DNA of 62,544 nucleotides, filler included, from Jimgerdemannia flammicorona (taxonomy: Eukaryota): NCBI GenBank assembly GCA_003990765.1. It is 3 parts of 3 records of this genome, joined end to end, with 100 filler letters (N's around TTAATTAATTAA, not from the genome) between each part and the next. Parts side by side here need not be neighbours in the genome. Positions count along the whole stretch, not along the records: positions 41,773 to 62,544 come from RBNJ01001591.1; 2 more parts are not named here. One strand, written 5' to 3'. The notes under the pieces were generated by a model, which was not told the DNA's origin, did not search any database, and saw nothing but the letters and a program-made list of their open reading frames with translations. Each line of letters starts with the position of its first letter. The first letter of the stretch is position 1. A program made the position numbers and the translations under genes. Positions 51,785-62,544 of this stretch are shown piece by piece.

Positions 51785-54700
51785 ATGCATTCCCCCACAT
51801 TCTATAGATATACTACTGAAGAGTCAATCCTGACCTTCATTGAAGACTTTGAACAATTCGCCACCATACGAGCCCTTGGTGTGGATGCTCAATTGGCCCT
51901 TCTACCAGTCAGTCTCAGAGGACCTGCTAGAGACAAGTTCAATATAGCCACCATTGCTGATGCTGGTGCAGCCAAACTTACCAACATGAAGGCCTTCTTC
52001 AGAACAACATATTATACCAAAGAGATCAAGCAAGCTCTCAAGGATCAACTCAATACTATCTGTCAGAGACTTAGTGAAGATCCCAACTCATTCTATACCC
52101 AAATCTGCCACCAGATTATCTTGGCTAGCTATGATGATCACCTCAAGGAACAAATAGCAGATTCAACTTTCCTCAAAAGAGTTCACCCTGAAATTGCCCT
52201 AGCAATCTGGTCTACCCCAGCTACACTGACCCTTGATCAGAAAGTGGTCTTTGCATAGAGATATTAGACTGCCAGACACCCTGCCAAACACTCAATGGAG
52301 AAAATAACTGGCATCAAGATGGAGCCATTAAAGCCAACTAGTATCTTACCTACTACAGTTGTAAACAGACAACCAACACCACCTACCCCCAAGACAGCCA
52401 AAGCTGACCCAGTGGAAGAACTCGCCAAGCAGTTCACTAAGATGACTACATACCTTGGTGATGTTGTTAGAGAGGTCTGAAGCACCAACAGGAGACCAGT
52501 GTAGAGATATGCAACTGCTACAAAAGAATGCAATATCGCATGCTTCAGATGTGGAGAAGAAGGCCACTATGCAAAGAATTGCATGACCAAAACAAGATGC
52601 AAAGCCCAACCAAGCAATGCTAACAGAACTAGAGAACAAACCAATACAGTAGTCATTGAGGAGATTGGTTTCACTGATGATGAAGAATACTATGAGGAGC
52701 TTGAATTCTACTCTGCTACTGAAGGTACTAGAACCTGGTCCAAGCCCTATGACAAGAAGAGCAATAGCAAGCTAGTTGGAAGACCAAAGAAGACCCTAGC
52801 TATCACTATTCAAAGCAAGACCCAACTCGAGGAGATTGATCAAGACATGGAGTTAGATGAAGCTACCTGCCAAATCATTGAAGGCACTACTCCAGTCTCA
52901 GGAGAAAGTGAAAGCAAGAAGAAACAGAAGCTGTGCAAGATCAAGATCCACCAGTATGACATCTACAAGGATCTCAAGGAATAAAAGGTCAATGCTACCT
53001 TTGGACAACTAGCCGAAGTCCCTGCCTTCAGATAGCAGTTGAGAGTAGGACTTACAACTACTACCAAGAATCAAGAGTACAAGATTGTAGAAGCTCACAA
53101 TGTACAGGAAGAATCTGAGAACTCAAGTGAAGAATCCAAAGACCAGCACAAGACATCAGCCTATATCTCATGTCAGATCAAAGACTATATCTTTGATGCC
53201 ATCATTGATACCAGTACTGGAGGATGTCTCATGAGCAAGAAGGCAATTGACCACCTAGGTTGAGATATTGAAGAGTCCACCAAGATGGTCTATATTATAG
53301 CAGATGGTATACAAGCTACCCCCCTTAGCAAAATCCAAGAAGTCCCCATCAAGATAGGAGAAGCTACCATCTCAGTAGATATAATTGTTACAAGTGCCAC
53401 CAACTATGATATCCTCATTAGCAATCAATGGCTTCACAAGGCCAAGGCCATCATTGACCTCAATGCCCAGAAGATGCAGATCAACTATAGAGGAAGAAAG
53501 GTACAAGTCTCTATCAATGTCTATAAAGGAGTTCTACCAGACATAGAGGAAGGAGATGAAGAAGATACAGAGGTCTTCATGTACTTAGTGAACAAGAACA
53601 AGAACAAGACACCTAAGCTCACAGATGAGCTGTGGTACAACAAGATCATCGATGGCTATACCCCTCAAGGAAGATGCCCCCATGATACTAGGATGTACTA
53701 CTCTGAACACCTGAATGACTGCTGGTCCTGTATCAGTGAAGTCAGGAAAATCTGCCAACAGAAACACAAGCAAGAAACTGCTGAAGCAAAAAGGAAAGCT
53801 GAAGAAGATGACCAGCCCCCAGAGCTCCAAGCTGACAGTGATAATGAGGAGAAACAAGAATCAGACATCACTCTCAAGGTCAAGAAGTTTCACCCCAAAG
53901 CCAAGATCCCAGAATATAAGACTGAAGGAGCCATAGGAATGGACCTTGCCAGTATTCAAGATGCTACCCTCGAACCACAGACCACTACTCTACTTGGCAC
54001 TGGAATTGGAGTCAAGCTGCCAGAGAACCCTGCCAGAATTATCAAGACCAGGAGCAGTCTGGCCAAAAGTGAAATCTCAGTTGAAGGAGGAGTAATTGAT
54101 CCTGATTACACTAGTGAGATCTTCCTCATAGTCAGAAATCACAACCACACCACCCCCTTTGAAGTCAAGAAGTATGACAGGATTGGCCAGATGCTGATCC
54201 ATGAAATCAAGAAGCCCAAGATCATTAAAGCCATCAAACTCATCAAGACCAAGAGAGGAGAACAAGGCTTTGGATCTACTGGAAGAGAAGTCTATACTAC
54301 TACCAATATTACCAAACTCAAGCACAAGAAAGACAAGGACCAGAACAAGCACACATATACCATTGGAGAAAACTTTCCTCTGGAGGAACAACTTCTCAAA
54401 ATCCTGTACTAGAATGAAGAAGTACTTGCTATGGACTTCAGGGATATCCACAATCAAGAACCCAAGTACTACCATGAAGTTGACACTGGCAATATCAAGT
54501 CCATCTACCAGAAAGCCAGACCCATACCGTCTGCCTACAGAGAGTGGCTGTGAGCAGAGCTCAAGGAAATGGAAGAAGCCAGGATCATCAAGCAAGCTAT
54601 CAGCCCCTAGGCCTCACTCATTGTCCTTGCTTTGAAGAAAGGAAGCAAGCCAGGAGAGTTTGCACCAAGACTCCACATTGACTACAGGAAGCTCAATGCT

Positions 54701-55793
54701 ATCACCAAGAAGGATAGGCAGCCCTTACCAAATATTCAAGAAATCCTTACTATTCTTGGAAGTGAAGCCAAATACTACACCACCTTGAATCTGTTCTCAG
54801 GCTTCTATCAGATTGATCTCACTCAAGATGCCAGTGAGAAATCAGCCTTCATCATACCTGATGCCACCTATATCTACCTATAAATGCCATTTAGAATGTG
54901 CAATACCCCAGCAAGTTTCCAGCAAATGATGAACAGAGTCTTTAGCAATGAGATTGGAAAATGGCTCTTTGTCTATGTTGATGATGTGATCATCTTCAGC
55001 AACACTGCACAGGAACATGTCAATTATATACAGCTAGCCCTCAAGAGGCTCAAGGAGCATGGCCTCTATATTAAGCCCAAAAAATATAAGTTTGTAGCTC
55101 AAGAAATCACCTACCTAGGACACCTCATCAATCAGACTGGAATCCACACAGACTCCATAAAGATCAAGGCTGTTGTAGTCTACCCAAGACCCAGAACAAC
55201 TACAGAAGTCCATGCCTTCCTTGGACTGACCAGTTACTACAGAAGATTCATCAAAGAATACTCCACCATTGCAGCACCTATCTATGAGCTACTGAAGAAG
55301 GAAACCAAATTCGAATGGACCAAGGAGCACCCAGAAACCTTCAATGAACTCAAGACCAGGTTGACTCAAGCACCTATCCTCAGAAGACCAGACTGGAATC
55401 TAGAATTCATCCTGCAGACAGATGCGAGTACTATAGAACTTAGAGTAGTCCTAGCTCAGAAGAAAGATGGACATGAATATGTCATCTCCTATACAAGCCA
55501 AGGTACCTGTAGAGCAGAACACTTGCAAGCTTAAATACTTAGCAGTAGTCTGAATAGTAGACAAGTTCCACTACTACCTAGCTGGGAAACACTTCACTAT
55601 TCAAACAGACCACTCTGCTCTCACCTGGCTATTCCACACTCTGAACCCCAAAGGAATATATGTCAGATGGATCTACAGGCTGCAAGAATATAGCTGTACT
55701 GTTAAGCACTGCTCAGGAAAGACCAACACCAATGTCAATGCACTCTCAAGGATACTCTGAAACACCCTCATTAAGACTATTCAACATGAATAA
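51785..55793 (+). pseudogene. D gag-CCHC-PR-Cys/His module(53633-53731)-dUTPase(~53870-54283)-RT-RH
   Basis: CFRCGEEGHYAKNC; IIDTSTG; GAIGMDL, TRSSL, GGVIDPDY, DRIGQ, RGEQGFGST; YVDD; TDAS; small copy-specific deletion near 55520. Confidence 0.92.
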
Positions 55794-56931
55794 AGAGCTA
55801 TACTATGGATTAATCAGCTACCTTGGGCAGCAGAAGATGCCCAACCACCTCGAACCCTGGATAATCAATATCATTAACCAGACTTGGAAACAGTTTGAAC
55901 TAGACAATACTACACTCAGAAAAGAAGGAAAGCTGGTAATACCTGAATACAAGAAGTATCAAGTAATGAAGGAAGTATACAAGCAAGAATACTTAGGAGG
56001 AACCAACATATATAACAAAGCAAGAAGAACTATGTGGTGGCCCAAGATGAAAGAAGACCTATGCCAATTTATTAAAGGGTGATCAAGAATTGAGCCTATC
56101 CCCTTCCACCACATTGCAATGAATATCATTGGACCACTACCAGTAATACTATCAGGAAACTGTTATATTATAGTTATTATAGACCTCTTCACCAAATGGA
56201 TAGAGGCAGGAGCATTACAAGAAGCCAATGCCCTCTCTATAGCCGACTTCCTGTACCGAGAAATCATCTACTGCTACAAGACACCAAAGCAAATCACAAC
56301 AGACTATAGAATAGAATTTGTCAATATATTCCATAAGATAATATATCAGAAATACAAGATCCAGTACATCAAGACCACTGTGTACTACCCTCAAGGAAAT
56401 AGACAGACAGAGAGAACCAACAAGACTCTCAAGAACATCTTAGCAAAGATCTCAGAGATATATGAGAATTGGGATAACTATCTCCCAACTGCCCTCTCTG
56501 TCCTATGAGACATATAGTCACAGAGCACACACTTTACCCCAAGAGAGCTACTCTTCAGAGAAGAAGATTCTGATGGAACCTCAGCCATGAATCTAGACCT
56601 AACTTGGAGATGGGTTGATGCAGAAATCCAGAGACTATACCAAATCAGGAAGAAGGCTGAAGATTATATCACCAAGTTACAAGCACTGACAAGGAAGAAT
56701 GTAGAAAAGAATTACAAGGCCCTAGAACCCATCTGAATTGGAGAAAAGGTTCTACTGTATCGAAATATGGTAGAAGCCTCATGGTCATGAAAACTGGAGC
56801 CCAAATAGGAAGGACCCTTCTATATGCAAGATATCAAGGAAACTACCTTCTGGCTTAGAAAAATCTCAGGGACCATACTGCCTACTATGGTACATAAGAA
56901 CAGACTTAAGAAGTACTACAAACCTATATAA
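55786..56931 (+). pseudogene. D integrase in its own reading frame
   Basis: ATG at 55786 within CATGAATAA; MNKELYY..; IDLFTKWIEA; K*EGPF tail; no chromodomain. Confidence 0.85.
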
Positions 56932-57537
56932 GAGAAGCAAAATATAATGACTGCCCATGAGGTTCTAGTCTATGAATCATAACAGCATGTCCCATGACTA
57001 GTAGGCTATCTGTCTGGACCATTCTCTAAGAGATACAGCACTGGCAACTACTCATCTATGAGACTTTCAAAGTCAGAGGAGTTCAAACCATCAACTGATT
57101 GGTCAAGATCAGAATCAGGCCCTTGCTCTATATGAAGAGAGTGACCCTTCACCATCATGCCAAAATACAAAGAGAAGATGCCAGCCCATAAATATCACTT
57201 TTTGACCCCTTGCCAGAGGTTATGAGATCAGCAAATTTTTCAGGACTGGACTAATGAATAAGGATGCTCAGGAAGATCCTTATTCAGGAGGAAGATGTAA
57301 TGGTGATTCCAGAATAATGACATCAGCATAGGAGATGACCTTTCCTTGCAAGCCACCAGATCAGAACACAAGAAGATCATATGGCATATGAGATGAGCAA
57401 TGATGACCAACTGTGAGTTATTGTGACCATAGTACAAGTATCCTAAAGAATATAAAAGAAGAATCAAGGAACCACAGTAGTAGTAACCAACAAGAACCAC
57501 CAATCCCAAAATAGCTCAAAGACTTACCACAAATGAA

Positions 57538-58359
57538 ATGTCTACTGCCCACCAAACCTCAAGGTCAAGGAACTACCAAGGTATCTTAGTTGAAGAAAGG
57601 ATATTCCAAGACATCAGAAGAGTCATGAGAACTTACTCAAGAAGGACTCCTAGTGTCAACCTGGGTACTGTAGACTCCTATCACTTTATCCTCTATTACT
57701 ATGAAATGGAAATAAGGATCACTATTGCTACCAAATGCCTCCAAATATGGCAGGAGTATGAAATAGAAAACCTCCTCTGTCGGGAGTTCCCACAGGCCAG
57801 CACTCAAGAGCTATAAGATGCCACTTCTATGGATATACATGAAATAAGGACAGCTAAGAAGATCCATCAGATCTTCAGGTATGCACCATGGTTGATCCCC
57901 AACTTGGAGTATGTTAGAGTCTCAGATTTCAGAGACCTGTTATTCCATCATATTAATGCACTAGAAGTCAGGGTGGCTACAGAAGCCCAGTCCACTATCA
58001 CCCTCAATAGTGATGAAGTAGAAGACTTCTGGTACCCTATCCTCCAGGACAACCTAGACCAATTTCTGCAAGAGTTGATCTCAGTATTCCAAGGCCCAAG
58101 CATCTGAATTAGATCTCCCCAAGACCCCACATTTGTCTTCTATTTTGTAGAAGAGAACCTCATAGACTAGAGAGCTCCAGATCTTATTTCTGATTTCCCC
58201 ACCACTGAATGTGATGATGTCATCACCGATGATGTCATCCTGCGCAACATCAAAGTATGTGAAATGCATGACCTATATGACAAATTTGCAGATCTCATCT
58301 CCTTCAGTGATGATGATGACAAGGATGAAGCCCCCATAGTCCTGAACTTTCTACTCTAA
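57538..58359 (+). pseudogene. LTR-encoded accessory ORF, 273 codons, 3' LTR copy
   Basis: Same length and frame as 50429-51250; its stops fall at different codons from those in the other copies. Confidence 0.8.
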
Positions 58360-58370
58360 GTTCTTTATTA

Positions 58371-58470
58371 TACTGGATAATGCCAGCACTAGTATTCTCA
58401 TGTAATACTGGATAATGCCAGCACTGGTATTCTCATGTAATACTGGATAATGTCAGCACTGGTATTCTGA
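58371..58470 (+). repeat. 35-bp tandem repeat (about three copies) in the 3' LTR of D
   Basis: TACTGGATAATGCCAGCACTRGTATTCTCATGTAA at 58371, 58406 and 58441; single copy in the 5' LTR. Confidence 0.85.
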
Positions 58471-60429
58471 TATGACACTAAATTATACCAGCATCCTGAA
58501 CCTATACAACCATTAGTACCAACCATGGAACTTAGTAGTTTTAGTTATTAGAATTTATATTTAGCTTTATATCTTAGCAACCATTGAATTATATTTTATA
58601 TAAATACCCCTCTTATTTTCTCTGAAATAAAGTCAGTCTTCTCAGTGCAATATATACACTTCCTTGCAAGCAATCTAAGAGATAACAAGACAGTTAAAAA
58701 TAAGAAGTTTGAGGACTATAAGACTTTAGGAAGGTACTCCAATGAGAACTTGCTTATAACAAACTTGAGTTAGTCTAAGAGATATATCTTAAAGAGAATC
58801 TGGTGTATTTGAAGAACTCAGTGACCACTACGTGACAATATGCAATTATATATAATAATAAAGATAATTGATATATTGAGCTATATGTATACTTCTGAAA
58901 TCTAAGCTACATATTTATTTATCCTTGAACTGAGCTATCAGACTCTCATAATACTCTTCTTATATAACTATTATTGTTCAGCTTACTAGCAATACTAATG
59001 TGATGAGAAAATTTAAGAGTTATTTAATATTATTATATCAGAGCAAGTAGAAGAGCTTATGTATAGATATTTGTTAAAAAGTGAGCAAAGATACAGAAAT
59101 TATCATGAAATATTTCAAATCACTGTAAAGTATCTCTTTTTCCATACCGAACTCTTTCTCCAAATAGTCTCAAGCAAGAATCCACCTCTCTCTATATGTA
59201 CAATCTCACTCCATACAGCTATTAGTATCACAATTGCCTTATTGCTCCATCACTCCAATCACTGTAGATGTACTATTTTAAACTGTACAAATGGAGCTTT
59301 GAAGAGAAAAAATGATGTACAAAAAGTAACCACCTTGCCACATATGCTTCAATTTTATGAGGTTTTTCATTTCCAACCTCATTAATAGATGTTGAGCAGG
59401 GCCCGTTGGATCAGATAAATATATATATTGAGTTTCTGTTAGCAGAGGTACAGTCAGAGGGTCGCTTCATCTAGATGAGATGACGCAACCATGTTGATGA
59501 AATACGAAATACGTTTTAGACGAAAAACATTAGAGATCTTCTATGGCAATAGCTGGGAAAACCCCAGAAGCTCACGAAACTCTCTTTCTGACTGCTAGTG
59601 GAGCATCCGTCTGCCACACACGAACCCCGTACGCAACGTCAAGCGCCAATATCTGGGTATTCTCCACCCTTCCCCCCCATACAAATCCCGTCCTCCCACT
59701 AGGGCGTTGTGGATATCTTCTTGATGACAGGTATGTCACTCCAAGACAAATCATCCTCCGCTGCCAACCCAGAATCCTCTGGTGCACGACGAACCTAATA
59801 GATTTCAAGGTACGAACATAAGTAAAGACCTGGAGAGCAGTAAAGATAATTCCCACGTTTCATATTGTGCTTGTCGAGGGTGTTTGCTGGGTTGTTGCTG
59901 GTTTCCATGACGTCGTTTGGTTGAGTACAGTGATGAAAACATTGAACATCACGAGCCAAAACAAGGTGAATGCTTGGGTCGCACGATGGGTAGCAGATCG
60001 AGGTAGATAAGCAGCCATAGATTTGAGTTTCAGTGAGCCGTGGCTGTAGATTATGCGACAATGCCAAAGGATGGCAGTGTATATGTCAAAATAACATCTG
60101 ATAGGCATGGAGTCACCTTTCCTGAAACTCTACTGTACTGCACCAAAACTCCTGAAGGCATCGTCATACCTCCAACCCCCATGCAATTCTGACCAATTCG
60201 TTTGAAACCAATCACTTATCTCTTCATCCCCCAAGCATGTCGTTGCTCAGATCACTGAATGGCCCCATCGGAAACTCGGGCCGTCTCAAACGTATGAGAC
60301 GCACGACACCGCATGGCACATTCTCGCTGCAGGACCACCTTCAGTCAATGACACATAGCAAGAGTTTGTGCGTTTTCCCACGACAATGAAAGATGGGTTG
60401 CGTGCAGACGGATAGGTATTTCTACAGAA

Positions 60430-60485
60430 CCGGTTTCGCCCTTGCTTAAGGGGCTCATCAGTTGGTTTATAGCAACCAAGACCGG
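60430..60485 (-). ncRNA. Type III hammerhead ribozyme, intact core
   Basis: 5'-CCGGUC^UUGGUU(GCUAUA)AACCAA-CUGAUGA-GCCC(CUUAAGCAA)GGGC-GAAA-CCGG-3'. All core nucleotides and three Watson-Crick stems are present. Confidence 0.9.
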
Positions 60486-61193
60486 CATAAGGAACCGGTC
60501 AAAGTAAAGTTAGTAGGTGTTTTGAATTTCGAAGATTATACAAGAATCACTACGTTGATATGAAAATACTTATCTACATAGAGTATTTAACAAACGTAGA
60601 AGCGCTAGTTGTAAGGGCGTAAGCCCCAATTCAGTGCCTTACAATGGTGCGGCCCTAGTTGGTTCGGGTCAAATGTCCAATAAAAGCCAACAGTAGCCGA
60701 CGCAGCACGGATGGGGGACGGCAACTACACCTCGAAAACTGCTGAGTTTATGCATTCATATGGCCTCGACAAGGAAATCGGCTACTCTTTGGTTTGAACC
60801 GACGAAAAAAAAAAAAATGACGTCACCCAATTATCAACGACTAGTCCAGTTTTTGAAGCCTGGAAGAATGTTTTGTGGGAAACTGAATCTCGTGAGCGAG
60901 CTGGTAAGAGGGAGAGACTGGTGGAGAGGGTAAAAGTGGATGGAGTCTCATCATCACCGCAGTGACAGCTACCTTGACCGTGAGTCTAAGCGCGATGGCC
61001 TCGATCGGGGTGTGCTTTGTGTGGGATGGATTGTTGGAACACTGACGCATCGGAACATGGGATGGCTCGCCCGACACCCCCGTTGAAAACTTTTCCATTT
61101 GCTCGTTCCTATGCCATGACTAGTGGGCTCAATGTAGTTCACAAAATATTATGCTCCTTAATAACGGCCGCTTGGAATTCCACGTGTATGTGT

Positions 61194-61368
61194 ATGGTCG
61201 AGTTGTAACCACCTCCTCCTCTCTACAACCACTCCCACACAAACCAGGAGGTCGCCATTGTCTCTGCCCGTCGGCTGCTTCAACAGCTTGCTCAAGGAGT
61301 TCTCTGTTATACAACACGGTACCATTGCCTCCAGGCCTGCCATAAATAGAGCAGGTGACGTGGTTTTT

Positions 61369-61417
<49 letters not shown>

Positions 61418-62441
61418 AAAAAGGGGGGTGAGGTGTGGGAGGTCCTAAGAGGGTGACTTGGCGATTTCATTTCATATCTAATTAATTGATTGATTGCTTT
61501 TCTTGTAATCATCTTCAATAGGCAGGCCGGACAAGGACAGTCGCCTGCGAGGCAGGTGATTATTGGTCTTGCATTCTCATCCCGATTTTTGCCTACGATC
61601 ACACATCACGCCTAATCAATCAACATCGCCGTGTTGCGCAGGTTGACCTGTCGCGACAGAGACCACCACCATCAACAGGGTCTGCGCGTCGGGCATGAAT
61701 GTCATCTCGCTCACCATACAGAACCTCCAGGGGTTGCCGGCGGGATGGAGGGCATTGCGTCGTGAGTGGTCATTAATTGGGGCACAGGGAACGTGTTCTG
61801 CCTACCGAGCCAGGCGCGAGCTGAGGCCGCAGGATCGTATTTTTTCTAAAAAAAAAAAACTTATAAAAAACATCTGTGGAACGCAGAAACTATGTCTGGC
61901 GTAACATCTATGTCCACGAGCAGCTCACTGACTCCATTATCAAGGACGGACTGTGGGGTGCGTACAATCAGTTTCAGCAAGTATGGGTGGTAATGATTGA
62001 AGAACTGTTGTGTGGAAACAATGGCAGCCCTCGGTGTCCACAGTGATCGAGATTCTAACAATCATGTTGTCATCATCTCCAAACCTATTCATAAGTGTAT
62101 ATACATATTATTTTATATATTTTTTTCCTCCTCTTTCCACCCCGCGTTCTGATCATGCTGCTTTATATCTCTCCTCTCCCTCTCCCCCCCCCCCGACACA
62201 CAAAATGAAAGGGTAATTACACCGAGAACACGGCTGCGAAGTACAAGATCATGCACGCCCATGTCATCGAGTCATACCGGGGGAGGTGAAGAACGGCCTG
62301 TTCAATGTCAATTGTACCCGTCACTATCAAGGACCAAAATGGGGAACATTGTGGGCAATTAATGTCAATGAAGGCGGGGAATACAAGAACGTATTGATTG
62401 AAAAAATCCCCGATCTGAAGACCCGTATTTCAAATGGATGG
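61194..62441 (+). pseudogene. Spliced acetyl-CoA acetyltransferase (thiolase) pseudogene, N-terminal ~60%
   Basis: Exons in order: QEVAIVSA/VGCFNSLLK..AINRAG|GT; QAGQGQSPARQVIIG; TTTINRVCASGM (catalytic Cys motif)../VAGGME; DSIIKDGLWGAYNQF; GNYTENTAAKYKI..IESY..IVPVTIKD..EYKNV..EKIP. Many frameshifts and small deletions. Confidence 0.88.
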
Positions 62442-62544
62442 TGAATTCTGGAGGATGGACAAGTTCGCTTTACAAGAGTATCGAATTCTTCTTATGGAGA
62501 ATGTAATCGCTGCAGCCAGTTGCTGCTTTTTTTTTTTTTTAACA

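Larger units (their letters stand above)
50188..58837 (+). mobile_element. Full-length Ty3/gypsy element, family D, with long gene-containing LTRs and 4-bp TSD ATAT
   Basis: LTRs 50188-51658 and 57296-58837 (TGT..ACA); PBS at 51662; PPT CAGGAGGAAGA 57285-57295; ATAT at 50184-50187 and 58838-58841. Confidence 0.96.

Noticed and set aside
58371..58470. 35-bp repeats as a CRISPR array
   Set aside because: Head-to-tail units with no unique spacers, inside a eukaryotic LTR, and no cas genes.
59540..61100. Short ORFs and splice-like signals on the minus strand; small hairpins near 60609-60644
   Set aside because: No recognisable protein motif and no convincing Helitron terminus.
61129..61602. 157-aa ORF with poly-Lys
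   Set aside because: It reads through an intronic poly(T) tract antisense to the thiolase pseudogene.

Overview
Eukaryotic, almost certainly fungal DNA; an early-diverging or Mucoromycota-like host is my inference from the gene fragments. Two artificial 100-nt linkers (N44-TTAATTAATTAA-N44) split it into three contigs whose adjacency is unproven. About 85% is nested, C>T/G>A-decayed transposon sequence. It holds two copies of a chromodomain Ty3/gypsy family (A, nested tail-to-tail), a non-chromo Ty3/gypsy group (B with ~470-bp LTRs; D with ~1.5-kb LTRs plus a solo LTR), L1/Tx1-like LINEs nested in each other, a copia remnant, a hAT-like MITE and a 2.5-kb inverted repeat. Two CpG-intact islands (~20.9-24.1 kb and ~59.4-62.5 kb) carry spliced pseudogenes (Scc3/STAG-like, thiolase) and hammerhead ribozyme motifs. 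Main observations: (1) an unrecognised accessory gene shared by all three gypsy families, lying between pol and the PPT in A and B but wholly inside the LTR in D, so solo LTRs carry it; (2) a 33-aa Cys/His module beside a dUTPase in both lineages but in opposite order; (3) integrase in a separate +1 frame with its own ATG in B and D; (4) an intact type III hammerhead ribozyme plus a degenerate relative. All calls were made by eye; no searches or alignments were run.
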